Of a stretch of 64,000 nucleotides of DNA, positions 26,501 to 39,400 are shown one piece after another. Both the position numbers and the translations under genes were made by a program. The DNA comes from Ylistrum balloti (Eukaryota): assembly GCF_031769215.1 (NCBI RefSeq), contig NW_026781981.1, positions 62,001 through 126,000 of the forward strand, written 5' to 3'. Under the pieces are notes generated by a model. The model was not told where the DNA came from. It saw only the letters and a list, made by a program, of their open reading frames with translations, and searched no databases. Every line of letters begins with the position of its first letter. Within the stretch, counting starts at the first letter, position 1.

Positions 26501-29500
26501 TGTTGGATGGTGAGATGACTACAGACGGCCTGTAGGACGGTTAGATGACTACAGACAACCTGTTGGATGGTGAGATGACTACAGACAGCATGTAGGACGG
26601 TAAGATGACTACAGACAGCCTGTAGGACGGTTAGATGACTACAGACAACCTGTTGGATGGTGAGATGACTACAGACAGCATGTAGGACGGTAAGATGACT
26701 ACAGACGGCCTGTATGACAGTGAGATGACTACAAACAGCCTGTTGGACTGTAGAATGACGTCAGACAGTCTGTATGACTGTAGAATGACGACAGAGAGTA
26801 TGTTGGACTGTAGAATGACGTCAGACAGTCTGTATGACTGTAGAATGACGACAGAGAGTATGTTGGACTGTAGAATGACGTCAGACAGTCTGTATGACCG
26901 TAGAATGACGACAGACAGTATGTTGGACTGTAGAATGACGTCAGACAGTCTGTATGACTGTAGAATGACGACAGAGAGTATGTTGGACTGTAGAATGACT
27001 GAAGACAGTCTGTTGAACTGTAGAATGACGACAGACACTATGTTGAACTGTAGAATGACGACAACCTTTCAGACGAACGGTTGATGATAGATAGACTGCT
27101 GTCATCACTGTTACATGATCGGTTTTCGGCAGATCTTTGTTGGACTGTAATATGGCAATAGGTTGGCGTCAGCCATATAAACGGTTAGTAAGGGAATGTA
27201 TTCATTTTAATATAAATCTTCATGTGTGTTGACGTGAAGCTGGCTAAAGATCGGTTGAATTTATTGTTTAATGTTATCGATTTATACGTCTCACACTATC
27301 AAGGCGTCGATTTTAAACTGAATTTAGAAACGTAATTTTCCTTAAACCTTTCACTCGTATCTGTCTGTCCTCAGTTTTCAGCGATTGATCATTCAATAAG
27401 TCTGTATTACCAACACCATGGGGTAAGACAGGGGGAGTACACACGTTAGGTCAACATAGTTTTATATTGGCGGGATTTAATAATATTCATTCGATTTCAA
27501 TACAATTGAATATTGTCAAACCTCTAGAATCGATCCGTCTGTTTTCATTCTGATGGTGTTGAGGTCATTTACTTAAGATTATAGCCACGTGTCATTTATA
27601 GGTAAAGTCTGCAATTTTGTGTCTGTGTTGATTTCAGATCTATCTACATCTGATGACATCAAACCCACGTATAAACCACAGCCAAAGATTCCATGCGAAC
27701 CTCTCGGAACTGGCCTCAATAGGAAAGTCTACTTTGTGTGTTCCGAACGTAAGAGCTTTATGTATGTTTTAATGAAGTTTATTATTTATTCATAAAGGAA
27801 ACATTCTTACATGTCTCTGACGTCACCGTCATGTTCGCCGCCATGATTTTAATACAGAATTCAAGACATAAAATAGTTCTATTTTGACAATGACAAATAA
27901 ATTGACGAAGATAAGAGAATGATATACTTTGTGTGTCTGTGTCTATGTGTCTGTGTCTATGTGTCTATGTGTCTATGTGTCTGTGTGTCTGTGTGTCTAT
28001 GTGTCTGTGTCTGTGTGTCTGTGTGTCTATGTGTCTATGTGTCTGTGTGTCTATGTGTCTATGTGTCTGTGTGTCCAGCTGTGTCTGTGTGTACAGCTGT
28101 GTCTGTGTGTCTATGTGTCTATGTGTCTGTGTGTCCAGCTGTGTCTGTGTGTCTATGTGTCTATATGTCTATGTGTCTATGTGTCTGTGTGTCTATGTGT
28201 CTGTGTGTCTATGTGTCTGTGTCTATGTGCCTGTGTGTCCAGCTGTGTCTGTGTGTACAGCTGTGTCTGTGTGTCTATGTGTCTATGTGTCTATGTGTCT
28301 GTGTGTCCAGCTGTGTATGTGTGTACAGCTGTGTCTGTGTGTCTATGTGTCTATGTNNNNNNNNNNNNNNNNNNNNNNNNNNNNNNNNNNNNNNNNNNNN
28401 NNNNNNNNNNNNNNNNNNNNNNNNNNNNNNNNNNNNNNNNNNNNNNNNNNNNNNNNNNNNNNNNNNNNNNNNNNNNNNNNNNNNNNNNNNNNNNNNNNNN
28501 NNNNNNNNNNNNNNNNNNNNNNNNNNNNNNNNNNNNNNNNNNNNNNNNNNNNNNNNNNNNNNNNNNNNNNNNNNNNNNNNNNNNNNNNNNNNNNNNNNNN
28601 NNNNNNNNNNNNNNNNNNNNNNNNNNNNNNNNNNNNNNNNNNNNNNNNNNNNNNNNNNNNNNNNNNNNNNNNNNNNNNNNNNNNNNNNNNNNNNNNNNNN
28701 NNNNNNNNNNNNNNNNNNNNNNNNNNNNNNNNNNNNNNNNNNNNNNNNNNNNNNNNNNNNNNNNNNNNNNNNNNNNNNNNNNNNNNNNNNNNNNNNNNNN
28801 NNNNNNNNNNNNNNNNNNNNNNNNNNNNNNNNNNNNNNNNNNNNNNNNNNNNNNNNNNNNNNNNNNNNNNNNNNNNNNNNNNNNNNNNNNNNNNNNNNNN
28901 NNNNNNNNNNNNNNNNNNNNNNNNNNNNNNNNNNNNNNNNNNNNNNNNNNNNNNNNNNNNNNNNNNNNNNNNNNNNNNNNNNNNNNNTGTCTATGTGACG
29001 TATTAGTGTCCCCTGTGTTAAAGTTGAATAAACAATCGAATTATAATTGACATTCAGCTCTTAACCGGACGCCATAGGAAATATGATTTGAGGTACTTGT
29101 GCTTCTTATCTATTCAGTCATGGTATATTAAAACGGAAGGTAGGGTCCTTCGTGGTAAGTGTCGACTCTCGAGTGAGAACAAAATCCTCCAGCCTTATTG
29201 ATACGTGAGAAGGAATAAATAGCGGAAGTGCGCATTGTGATTTTGAACAATCATTCTAACCGACCCCTAACCCTAATCCTAACCCTAACTAGGACATATT
29301 TTGTTACATTTATGGTACACAATTTTCGCTGTTATGTAAGTCCGTCACAATTGCGTTCTACGACGTTCTATAAGGTGTCCGCTTACATCGAAACGATACA
29401 GCCATCCTAATGATACAACCATTACAAAAAGATACAGCCCTCTTAATCCCAATACATGCTTTCCAAGGTTTCAGCCACCTCCCATCAATGATAAAGCCCC

Positions 29501-32500
29501 TCCCAAAGATATACCCTCCAATGTTTACTGTTCCCACAAACCCCATCCTCTCTCCCGCCAGTCATAAAACCTTTCCGAAGATACAGCCTCCAATGTTTAC
29601 AGTCCCCACACGCCCCAACCCTCTCCCCCGCCAATGATAAAGCCCCTCCCAAAGATATACCCTCCAATGTTTACAGTCCCCACACGCCCCCCATCCTCTC
29701 CCCCGCCAATGATTAAGCCCTTCCCAAAGATATACCCTCCAATGTTTACTGTTCCCACCAACCCCATCCTCTCTCCTGCCAGTCATCAAAACCCTCCCGA
29801 AGATATAGTCTCCAATGTTTTAAGTCCCCACACGCCCCCATCCTCTTCCTCACCAATGATAAAACCCCTCCCAAAGATATACCCTCCAATGTTTACTGTT
29901 CCCACACGCCCCCATCCTCTTCCTCACCAATGATAAAACCCTCCCGAAGATACAAATTGCAACGTTTACAGTCCCCACACGCCCCCATCCTCTCCCCCGC
30001 CAATGATAAAGCCCCTCCCAAAGATATACCCTCTAATGTTTACTGTTCCAACAAACCCCATCCTCTCTCCCGTCAGTCATAAAACCCTCCCGAAGATACA
30101 GCCTCCAATGTTTACAGTCCCCACACGCCCCCATCCACTCCCCCACCAATGATGAAACCCTCCCGAAGATATACCCTCCAATGTTTACAGTTCCCACAAC
30201 CCCATCCTCTCTCCCGCCAGACCCTCCCGAAGGTACATGTTTTAAGCCCCCCCCCCTTCTTCTCTCATTATTGAAACATTTTTGTCACTGCTAACTATGT
30301 CTGGGTTAATGGTCTGTGAGGTAGACATTGGAACACAGAGAACTGTGATATACCGAAACGACTGGCATTCTGATTTGTCTCTTTGCTAATGGCTTTATCT
30401 ATAATAGTCAAAGAAATGTACTTAGTATCACTCCAGTTCAGTGTTCCCCATGAGGAAGTGTAAAGCCGTTTCTGTAGACTGGTTACCAGTAACGACAATA
30501 TGTATATATACTTAATTTGTAGATTCAATAACAACCTATCTTTTTTATCAATACATTAAGAAGGTTTATCCGTTTCGTTCGGCGCTCGTTTTGTTTTCCT
30601 AACAAGCAGTATAGTTCGGACATGTAAGGAGAGATATTCATCAATAATTTGTTACTTTGTTTACGTGTCTCTTTCCATACTAACATTAATGTGATTTCCC
30701 ACTTAGTCTCTGTTTAATGGGGGACGCACTGGGCACCATTGTGTACCTAGTGTATGAGAACCAACCTGAAATTAAACTCTACCTATTAAGTCTCCCATCT
30801 GACAAAACAATGACGCCATCACAGAGAAGGTCGTTGTATTATCATTGAGAAAGAACTATGCTTTTAAACAGTATAAACCCCATTTCGGTTACGAGTGAGA
30901 AAACCTGTAGATATCAATAATAGATGAGAGTTGAAATTGAGAAGACGCCCGAGTTTACTTTTGCTGTATAAAATTTCGTTTGTATAAGCGGCAATGTTAT
31001 TAGAAGACAAGCTATATTTCGTGCCAACTGTTTCATGCGATCGAAGGTGTAGAACTCCAATTATAGAGGCGGCCCAACTTGCTGTCTACAGTTCAGATGT
31101 GATGTTTCGTGTATTTTGAAATATTCGTTGATTTTGACAGCTGGATTACCATGGGAGAGATTGCCTCATATCACTCCGGCCCAGGTGGTGGCTGCGCGGC
31201 AAATCCGCCGATACTTCACCGGCACTCTTGATGACCCGGTAGGTGGCACGCATCATCGGTAAAAGTAAAGGGCAAAGGTCAGCTAGGGACAGACTTCTGT
31301 CTGTTTTATGTCGGGTGAGGGTTATATTTCGACTACGACCAGTGAAAGAAAATAGATATTCTCTCTCAACCATTCCGTCGACAACAACAGCTATTCTTAT
31401 CATTTCTTTCATTATTTCTTTAAATCATTTAAAAATACGACATCTTATCCAGACCACGATGAAATGTGAATATGGATCCGTTCTAAAATGGCTCACAACA
31501 AAAATGGATCACCTCGATTTCAGCAATGATCCATACCACAAATACCAATCCACTCGACCATAGCGTTAAGTCGGTTAGAACGATGCCTACGTAACCGCAC
31601 GTAAAGGTCAAAGGTGCGTGATTCAATTCGCCCTACCCATGGCGTTTTGTCTTTCTCATGAAGCTGAGCAAATAAGCCCCGTCTGTGCTGACGAGGTTGT
31701 GTCCATGGGCAAGACACTTTACCCTTATTGCTCTGGACGGCAAGCGGCGGGCCTCCGGCATGTTGTTCAATGAAGCAGTCTTCAGCTATTGCATGGGGAT
31801 TACGCCTCAAAATGACCCCACCTGTTCACGTGATGATAAACCTATCAAAGAAACAACGAGCAATCGACTTTAGTAATGAACCATACAATTGATTTCCATC
31901 CCCTGACCGGTGCAATCTACCATGTAACTTAAATAAATTAACAAGACGTTTGTAAAAAATTTGTTCATCAAAGTCGATATCATCGTAGAACATTTGAATT
32001 TGTATGGATCACGTAATGACGTGCACATTTTGGTTTAATTATTTACACCATAGAGACAATTACTGGATGCATGTACAAATGCATTATGCAGTCTTGGACA
32101 AAAATAGTATATCTGCAGCTTGTAAGTCATACTCTGTCTGACTAACGTAAACAGTCTAGCAAGATATTCATGCATTGGTTTACTAACAAATTAATAGATG
32201 ATTTTATTCTATTCTTTTTATAAGCAACATAAAAGTCTGTTTATTTATTTATATCATTTTATATTTGCTGTAAATCAAATCATTTCTAGTACAAGCTGGC
32301 CTAGAAACTGACATCAGCATGGTAATGAAATGAAAACCAGACATCACTCGACAAATCTTTGTGTATGCAAATTAACAACCTAATTTAAATATTAACTTAT
32401 AGATTGTCTAGGTCACGCGACCTTACAAGCAATGAAACCGACATGAAAGTGCATTTTATCGCACGTCTATGTGATAAAATAGATGTGATAAACTTATTCC

Positions 32501-35265
32501 TGTATATCAAGGCTGAACGGAGTTTTTTCCTGCCTGTGGTTTGTATATCTTGGAACGATAGTTGAAGCAAAGTAAAGCTGGTGTTATAACATGCAGTCTC
32601 CGTAATATGAATCATTCAAATATGTCGCACAGACAATCAAAATTTGTATTTGTCTATTCAATTACTGTATGTAACAGATCATCGCTTATCCACCATTTCC
32701 TGGCGTCGAACGAAACTATCTGCGTGCGCAGATTGCTCGTATAAGTGCGGCAACAAGTGTGTCTCCCATAGGCTACTTCCGGTTTGATGATCAAGAGGAA
32801 GAGGAAGAGGCGGAAGAGGCAGGTATGGAATCTCTGAAACCAATGAAAATTCACTTGTAAAATTATTAAAGCGACAAATCAGTACTTCAACCCGAACAAA
32901 CAAATGCCACCTGGACATTGCTAAACCTGATTAAACTTAAAGTGCTGACAAGGTCAGGGTCCCATGATCTTGTTGAGTACAATCTATTTATTTAATGGAC
33001 CATCAGGTAGTTTTATTGGATGTATTTGTATATTATACATACAACATTAGTAGACAACATCAACAACTTTCTTCTCCATGAAAGAGTATGCCAATATCTA
33101 GAGAATTGGAGAATTTCGAGGAATTTTGTCTTGTTTGAAATGTCAGTAGTTTGTATTGTCAAGAGAATCAACATGATTATAACAATATAGATTCTGTCTT
33201 CATATATAATGGATGTCTTTGTTCAGCTATCTCGGTATAGTCATCTGGGAGTTGAAATTTGATGCGGCGTATCCAGATGTCTATATTAACAAGCCGCTTC
33301 TAAAAGTTGTTTTTTCTGTCTATCATTTTGTAATTTCCCCACTCAATGATATAATTTTGCTATGTGGAATGATCTGTAAGTGCAGATTTACTGATCTAGG
33401 AATGAGAATGTTTTCGCTCTGATCAAGTGATTTTTTTTCTTCTTGAGATTCCGCTTCTTTCTGATGTTCATGACGTTGGACCTCGACTTTCCTATCCGTT
33501 CCACCTATATACAATGCGTTGCAGTTCATGCGCAGATTCGGTTTATTCTCTTCCTTGCTGTTTCGGAACTAAGTCTTTCTGCTTCTATGAAATACGTTGT
33601 TAACTTTCTAGATTGCCCAACCAGGATATCCACATGTTTTCATGGCGCTATGGATAACATTTTGTTCTTGCTTCTTGTCTTGTTCTGTGACAATTGTTTC
33701 ACATCTGTTTAGCAAGGTTGGTACAACGCCTAAATTCTGGTGTAAGGGATGGTGCGATCGGAAGTTGAGGCGTTGATTCCTGTGCGTTTTTTCCTACAGA
33801 CCAATACTTTGATAGTGTCGTCATCTTTCTTTACTGTGAGGGTACCAAGGCATAGTGCCATTCAAAATATTACGAAAGGCAACCTTAAATTTTGCATAAA
33901 AACAAGTTTAAATTTTGTCAGAGGAAGAAAGTAGTTTCAGAAAATTTGTTCCTACGGAAACGAAGAGTTACTACTCCAATCTCAATTTGTTGAGAATCCA
34001 TTGTTGGAATTCAACACTGTCTGTATCTGTGTTACAGCGGCAGGACGAAACGCGTGTGTGATTGATACAGAGTTTGACGGCCTACCCCTCCGGGAACTAG
34101 TAGATCCTACCCTTCAGTCATGGTGTCACCATGTTAAGTCGATACTACCACAGGTAAGCATTAACGCGTCACTTTCAGCTTTCTATGATATATTTAGGAC
34201 AAAGATATTCATCAATAACCATGAATTTCCACGTGAAGATTTTGAAATCATAACTAAAGGCGGTATATCTGGAGAAGAGTGTAAACATGGCTATAGTTTA
34301 TTTTTTTAACATTAAAATTCGCTTGATATTGTTATTAATTATTTACCGTAAATGATGTATAGGGCAGGAACACGTGGTACAATCCTGTCATGGCTGGTGT
34401 GGAGGGGGAAATGGAGGACAGTGAACTAGAGGACAGAGAGGAACCCGACGAACCGACACCGGAAGTTGGTCCGCCACTACTCTCACCTTTATCAGAAGAT
34501 CAGAGTGAGTACTATTCTATTTAAATTAACATGTGTTACAGTGTATTGTTTCAGTGTCACTTCGTCTTCCAAAGTTTTACTCAAAGATTTTTATATCGGG
34601 ATGAAATATCGCCAACATAACTTTTATAATGTAAAGCATCAAAATTCAAGATGTTGCCACGATGTCTACTGTTTAAAAGCTGTGAACAAGAATCGCCCGA
34701 AGAGAAATGGGTTTTTGTCATTAGAAAAAAGACGAATGAAAGGGAAGCGAGGTAACTCATACAGGTCTTGTTAACAGGTATCGGCGAGAGTCCGGCGTGG
34801 ATTGCCCGTTATTCCTCCAAGCTGGTGCCCGAGTATTCTATTGCCATGTTGCAGTCCAACACTTGGCCAGGTGCCGTCACATTTGGAGCTGACAAGGGCA
34901 GGTAATTACTTTTGCAGGTAAAATAAAGAACTGACACGACACAGAATCGGGGCTGGTTATCACATTTTATAATTTTTATAGATTTGATTTTCCAAGAATT
35001 AAATTTAACCAACCACTCAAACTGAAGTTTTTGTTCCAGATATTTTGAAACGTTATACGTGGGTTGGGGGTTGAAGAACCTCCCAGCGGAATATGATCCT
35101 ACCATTCCATCAACTGCCATGACAGAGTTTCCGAGCGGACCGGAAGTGACGGAAGCAGATGACCCGACTCCGGAAGAGGAAGCCGCGTTCAAAGCAGCTT
35201 TACAGGAGAAGGAAGTGGACGACGAACTGGGTGGTGACGAGGAGGGAGAGGATGATGAAGACTAA
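17552..35265 (+). CDS. RSPH4A: Radial spoke head protein 4/6 homolog. Coding exons: 17552-17742, 17932-18121, 19994-20045, 23825-24114, 24436-24457, 27638-27748, 31141-31238, 32678-32822, 34038-34153, 34363-34504, 34778-34901, 35040-35265 (1707 nt, 568 aa)
   Basis: All introns are GT-AG and the phases chain to one stop at 35263-35265. Family motifs: [124 protein letters not shown], acidic tail. The 52-nt and 22-nt micro-exons were inferred because the flanking exons need phase 0-to-1 bridges. RSPH4A versus RSPH6A orthology cannot be resolved (probably a co-ortholog). Confidence 0.93.
19160..19535. repeat. Intronic minisatellite, 36-bp unit, about 10 copies
   Basis: CCTTTCGTTGTAAACTTGTTTTCCGGAGGTCGTGAA; it explains ORFs 19085-19654 and 19177-19497. 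Confidence 0.95.
20012..21960 (+). repeat. Intronic minisatellite, 45-bp unit (44 bp distally), about 43 copies, containing the exon-3 end and splice donor
   Basis: Unit GAGGATTATAGAAAGATCGTTCCGTACAGAACATG|GTAAGATACC. The first copy is the 3' part of RSPH exon 19994-20045. Confidence 0.95.
22630..22890. repeat. Degenerate direct duplication of about 65 bp, copies about 190 bp apart
   Basis: GCGTGAGAGGGTTTGAGGAGTGAGCATGG..TCCCAGAATG versus ACGTGAGAGGTTTTAGGGAGTGAGCATGG..TCCCAGAATG. Confidence 0.6.
24560..27062 (+). repeat. Intronic 30-bp minisatellite family: degenerate block 24560-24980 and homogeneous block 25340-27062 (about 57 copies)
   Basis: ACAGACAGCCTGTAGGACGGTAAGATGACT grading into TCAGACAGTCTGTATGACTGTAGAATGACG; gives the 10-aa periodic ORFs [10 protein letters not shown] and [10 protein letters not shown]. 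Confidence 0.95.
27927..28356. repeat. Compound (GTGTCT/GTCTAT)n microsatellite
   Basis: Seen directly; it runs into the assembly gap. Confidence 0.95.
28357..28987. other. Assembly gap (631 N)
   Basis: Run of N flanked by microsatellite on both sides. The RSPH exons on either side join in phase, so no coding exon needs to be hidden in it. Confidence 1.
29062..29385. mobile_element. MITE-like element with internal telomere-like (CCCTAA) hexamers
   Basis: TAACCGGACGCCATAG versus the reverse complement of CTATAAGGTGTCCGCTTA; CCCTAACCCTAATCCTAACCCTAAC at 29265-29289. Confidence 0.4.
29478..30235. repeat. C-rich minisatellite, unit about 73 bp, about 10-11 copies, two interleaved variants
   Basis: CCAATGATAAAGCCCCTCCCAAAGATATACCCTCCAATGTTTACAGTCCCCACACGCCCCCATCCTCTCCCCCG interleaved with a ..GTTCCCACAAACCCCATCCTCTCTCCCGCCAGTCATAAAACC variant. 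Confidence 0.92.
31552..31866 (+). mobile_element. tRNA-derived SINE with a CORE-like central domain
   Basis: A-box-like TAGCGTTAAGTCGGT (31561), B-box-like GATTCAATTC, central GTTGTGTCCATGGGCAAGACACTTTACCC (31696-31724) and an A-rich tail AAAGAAACAAC. Confidence 0.7.
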
Positions 35266-35909
35266 AAGAACGACACGATTTTAAAAAAGTCAACTGATGA
35301 TGTCAGTGAACAGTGACATAAAATCTGTTTGATTGTGTGCAGGTTCGACGTAAACGAAATACTTGTGTTTCTCAAATCGTTTTAAAAAATATAAAACAGA
35401 ATTGATGTGAGACACTTTTTATGTTATCTGGCTTTTGTTTTATGGACTGAAAAGTTCCATATATTCAAACACGTCCAGTGTATAAACTTACACGTTCACT
35501 TATTTCAAAGGTTTTTGTTAATATTTTCCGTTGTAAGTTAGCATATGTATTACCAACCACATATGTTTATAACAGTGATAAAAATCAGTGAAAAACTCTT
35601 TCCTATATTATATCTGTGTTTTCGACCATCACATCTTCGTAAACACAAGACTCTGCGAATAAAAAGGAGAATGACACCATTATCACGGCTACCTTTATTT
35701 TGACCTCTGACCCGACGTAGATACATCAAAGTTGGAGGAATCATAAAGTTGGCGGAAGGCACATGAAAATTGACATATAAACCCGTGTTTTGTATCTGCT
35801 ATGTCAGACTCTCGCTATCGTAAAAGACAAAATAATACATTATTTCTCTCACTAGCTGAATACAAATTCATCTATCACAAACAGAAAAGATCATCTATTA
35901 CTAACGCAA

Positions 35910-35910
<1 letters not shown>

Positions 35911-35944
<34 letters not shown>
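35911..35944. repeat. (TG)17 microsatellite
   Basis: Seen directly. Confidence 0.98.
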
Positions 35945-35945
<1 letters not shown>

Positions 35946-36450
35946 AAATGGCAAAGTTACTAATTTCACCAACAAAACACAAACTCCTCTAAAACTACCG
36001 AAGTAGGCAAAATCTTCTTGGTGATATTTTTAACGAGAAATACAAGGGGAGTGAAAGATATCGTCTCGCCTCCGTCTGGAATAATTGTGAAGTATTTACA
36101 CTAGATTAAAATAGGTCAATACGCCCAACACGGCTGTCCAGAGATGAGATCAAGATATCCAATTCAAACAGTTAGTATAAAATATGATAAAATATCAATG
36201 GTGAATATTAATTTTATAACTTTACACAAATAAGCTGCTTCACAATATTAATCAGCTCTTCATACATTACACACCAAAGTAACATCTAAGTTTATAGCAA
36301 TTACCTGTTTTGGTATATTTATAACTGTTAAAAGGTGAGAGAGGATGTGTGTACGTTTATCGAGATGATCATGTGCTACTTACACGGGGTCGATATATAG
36401 GACGGTAAACAGCACTCTGCATATTGACTGTGACTGGACTCGGAGTTAGG

Positions 36451-39400
36451 ATGAATTCAAAAAATCCTTGGACAGCACGGTAAGTATATTAGGTATAATG
36501 GTATATATTACACATGTTTCCCTCATGATAAAATGAAAAACCAAAACAATACAGATATAGTTGTGCATGCAAACTTGACAAAACGTCAGTGACATGTCAG
36601 CACATACATACTAGTAGTATACATACATACTAGTAGTATACATACATGATATAAATGTCTTATAGGTTTTCTCATCTCTATATCCATTTCCAAATGTCTT
36701 TATAATGCTCAAAATATGACTCTAGTCCGGTTTTTCTCTGTTTAATCCAAATTACAAGCTGTCTTCCTGATGCGTATGTGTCATACAAGTTGTGATCGTG
36801 TTTATAAACTCATTTCAGCCGTGTTGCTGGTTTCTTTTCTTTACATATACACCCTTTTTATATCCTTGATTAAGTGAGGGTTCCATAAAGTTGTATCATA
36901 TTGTCTCGAATTCTGCGGTACATTCGTGTTGAAGGCTTAAGTTTCAGTCTATCCTCAAGGGAGGGTTCCGTACCTGACTCTCTTCATATTCAGGATGTGG
37001 TTGTAATAGTGCTTTGTATAAGAGACACAAAGTTGTGTTATCCAGGTATGGGGTTGATCTTGTTAGCAATCCGATTTTGTTTGTTTGTTGTAATATGAGT
37101 ATAATTGTCATATTTGTGTGGATTATCCATTTCAGGACATCTCTTCATTGATGTCAGATATATTGGTTCATTCTCAGCCTACTGATTTGACTTTGTATAG
37201 AAAAAAGCTGATTTTCCGGAACAGAATCTATATGATATTCTTCAGTGGACTAGCACATGTTTTTATGTCCCCGGATCGAAAGATCTGGGGCATGTTGTAT
37301 TTGTGCTGTCTGTTTTTTTCTTTAACCTTACCCTACATTTGAAACGGTAAAAACATCATTACCACAATGAAGAAAACACATGCCTTACACAATAGAGTTT
37401 TAATGTCCCTCTTCGGAATTTTGTTTCAACCAGGGGCATACTGTTTCATAAATACACCTTGCTTATTATGTATTATCATGTACACATGTATGAAGGTTTG
37501 GGTATGGATATCACATGTTTAACAAGCTATGTTATCTTTGTAAGTATCAAAAAACTTCTGATCAACCCATACTTTATTAAGTTTGTCCTTGAATTAATTA
37601 TTGATGGTGATGATGTTTTTTCTTACTCCAGTTTATGAATGTGGTGGTTCATTTTTTGTAGTATCTCCATTTATCATGTGTTTCGGAACAGCCATGTCAC
37701 AATTTAAGGAAATCTTAGGTGTTTCAATCATTGACACCGTTCGTCTTCTTGTACATTTGTAACATAGAGGGGGTAGATTTAATCTTTCATCTGATCCCGC
37801 TTTGACAGCTCCTAAATCCGAGTATTTGCTTTGTTGCCCTTCTTTGAACCCCTCCCGGTTAATCAATATGTATAACTTTACAAGGGTACCAGACCACGTT
37901 TGAAAAATTCGTCGAATGACAATTATTTGGTCTTCAAATGTTGGAGTATTATCTCCGATCAATCCAAGTCCATACTCACGGACATTCTTCTGTGATTGTT
38001 TTGTTGTTTAGGTGATGTGTTCGTTCCTTTGACCGACAACCGATGAGAATAGATTTACATTTGCCATGATGAAATTACAGAAAACATTTGTCGACTCCAC
38101 TCAGAGAATCTTTTCATATCCATTTGTACATCATTTGTATCTTTAATTCAACGTCCACGTGTCATTTTGTACATTTTGATAGCTGATAGAGATGATACCA
38201 TCTGGAAGATAATGTATGTTTTGTCATGAACAGAACAGATGACGTCATCGTAGTCAAACTTGAATTATTTCATTTTTTGATGCCATTTGTTCGCTTCCTC
38301 AAATGAAATTTAATATCCCATTCATTTAACCCGTACGATAACATTCTCCTTATAAGTTTTTCATGTAGAGCCGTATTGAAGGCTTTTTGAAAACACCAGC
38401 CATAGATAAAACGTGATGCGAAGCATGTGTCCATTCGTGTTGTACCTTAGAATATCTATAAATATCGATAAAATATTGTACAATTCGTGTTGTACCTTAG
38501 AATATCTCTAAATATCGATAAAATATTGTAAAATTCGTGTTGTACCTTAGAATATCTACAAATACCGATAAAATATTGTACAATAGTAACAGCGTTATTG
38601 AAATGGAATCTGCCGTCTTTCTGAGTAAGTAAGTGGATGTAATTCTTCAATTCAAGTCTGTTTTAACTCTACAAGTTATTTCCTTGCTTGTTACTTATCG
38701 GTAAATTTAGGCAAAACATTGGTACCGATATTTTCCTTCTTGTCATCTCAGGAATATCGCTTTCATTTGACGTTTCTTGTACTAACACATTTCTAAGATA
38801 TTGCAAATATATCCTGTTTCTTTTTCCGTAACCGTTTTGCACGACCTTGTCAATTACATATATACCGGGCAATATGTAAATTACAACTAATCAGAAGATC
38901 TCCGTGACGGCCTATATGTAGATTTATCAGAAATGTGTCAGAAACCTCGCCATTGGAGGAAGAAATCAGAATTTATAACTACGATTCGTTTGATGGGGGC
39001 ATAATGATAAGAAACGGAGCAAAGGGGCTTTACTGCTCAATATTCATTTCCATTTCTCATCATTCGTTTGTTTTGTTAAATCCTCTCAACTGGCTTAGTG
39101 TTCTCTCATGTAGGTAAAGGAAAGAATCCCTGTCTATATGGAGAAATATTCTGGTAAAGCCGCACTATCTCCATTAGAACTTTCTTGATATTAATCAGCA
39201 GTCACCTGTTTTTGTTATTTTCGAGTTTTTGGAATATACAGTAAAATTATCTCCTAGGTAATACTAGGTTTCTGTAACTATGAATATTCGCATCTAACTC
39301 AGTTATACCATTTATATGCGGGTTTTCAATATTAGTCCCAATCGAAAGTATATCTGATTCGTTCCTTTATTGATCCGCGTTAGAGTAAAAAACAGTTCAT

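Noticed and set aside
27919-29050. ORFs of 357-373 aa rich in Cys and Val
   Set aside because: Microsatellite plus N-gap artefact.
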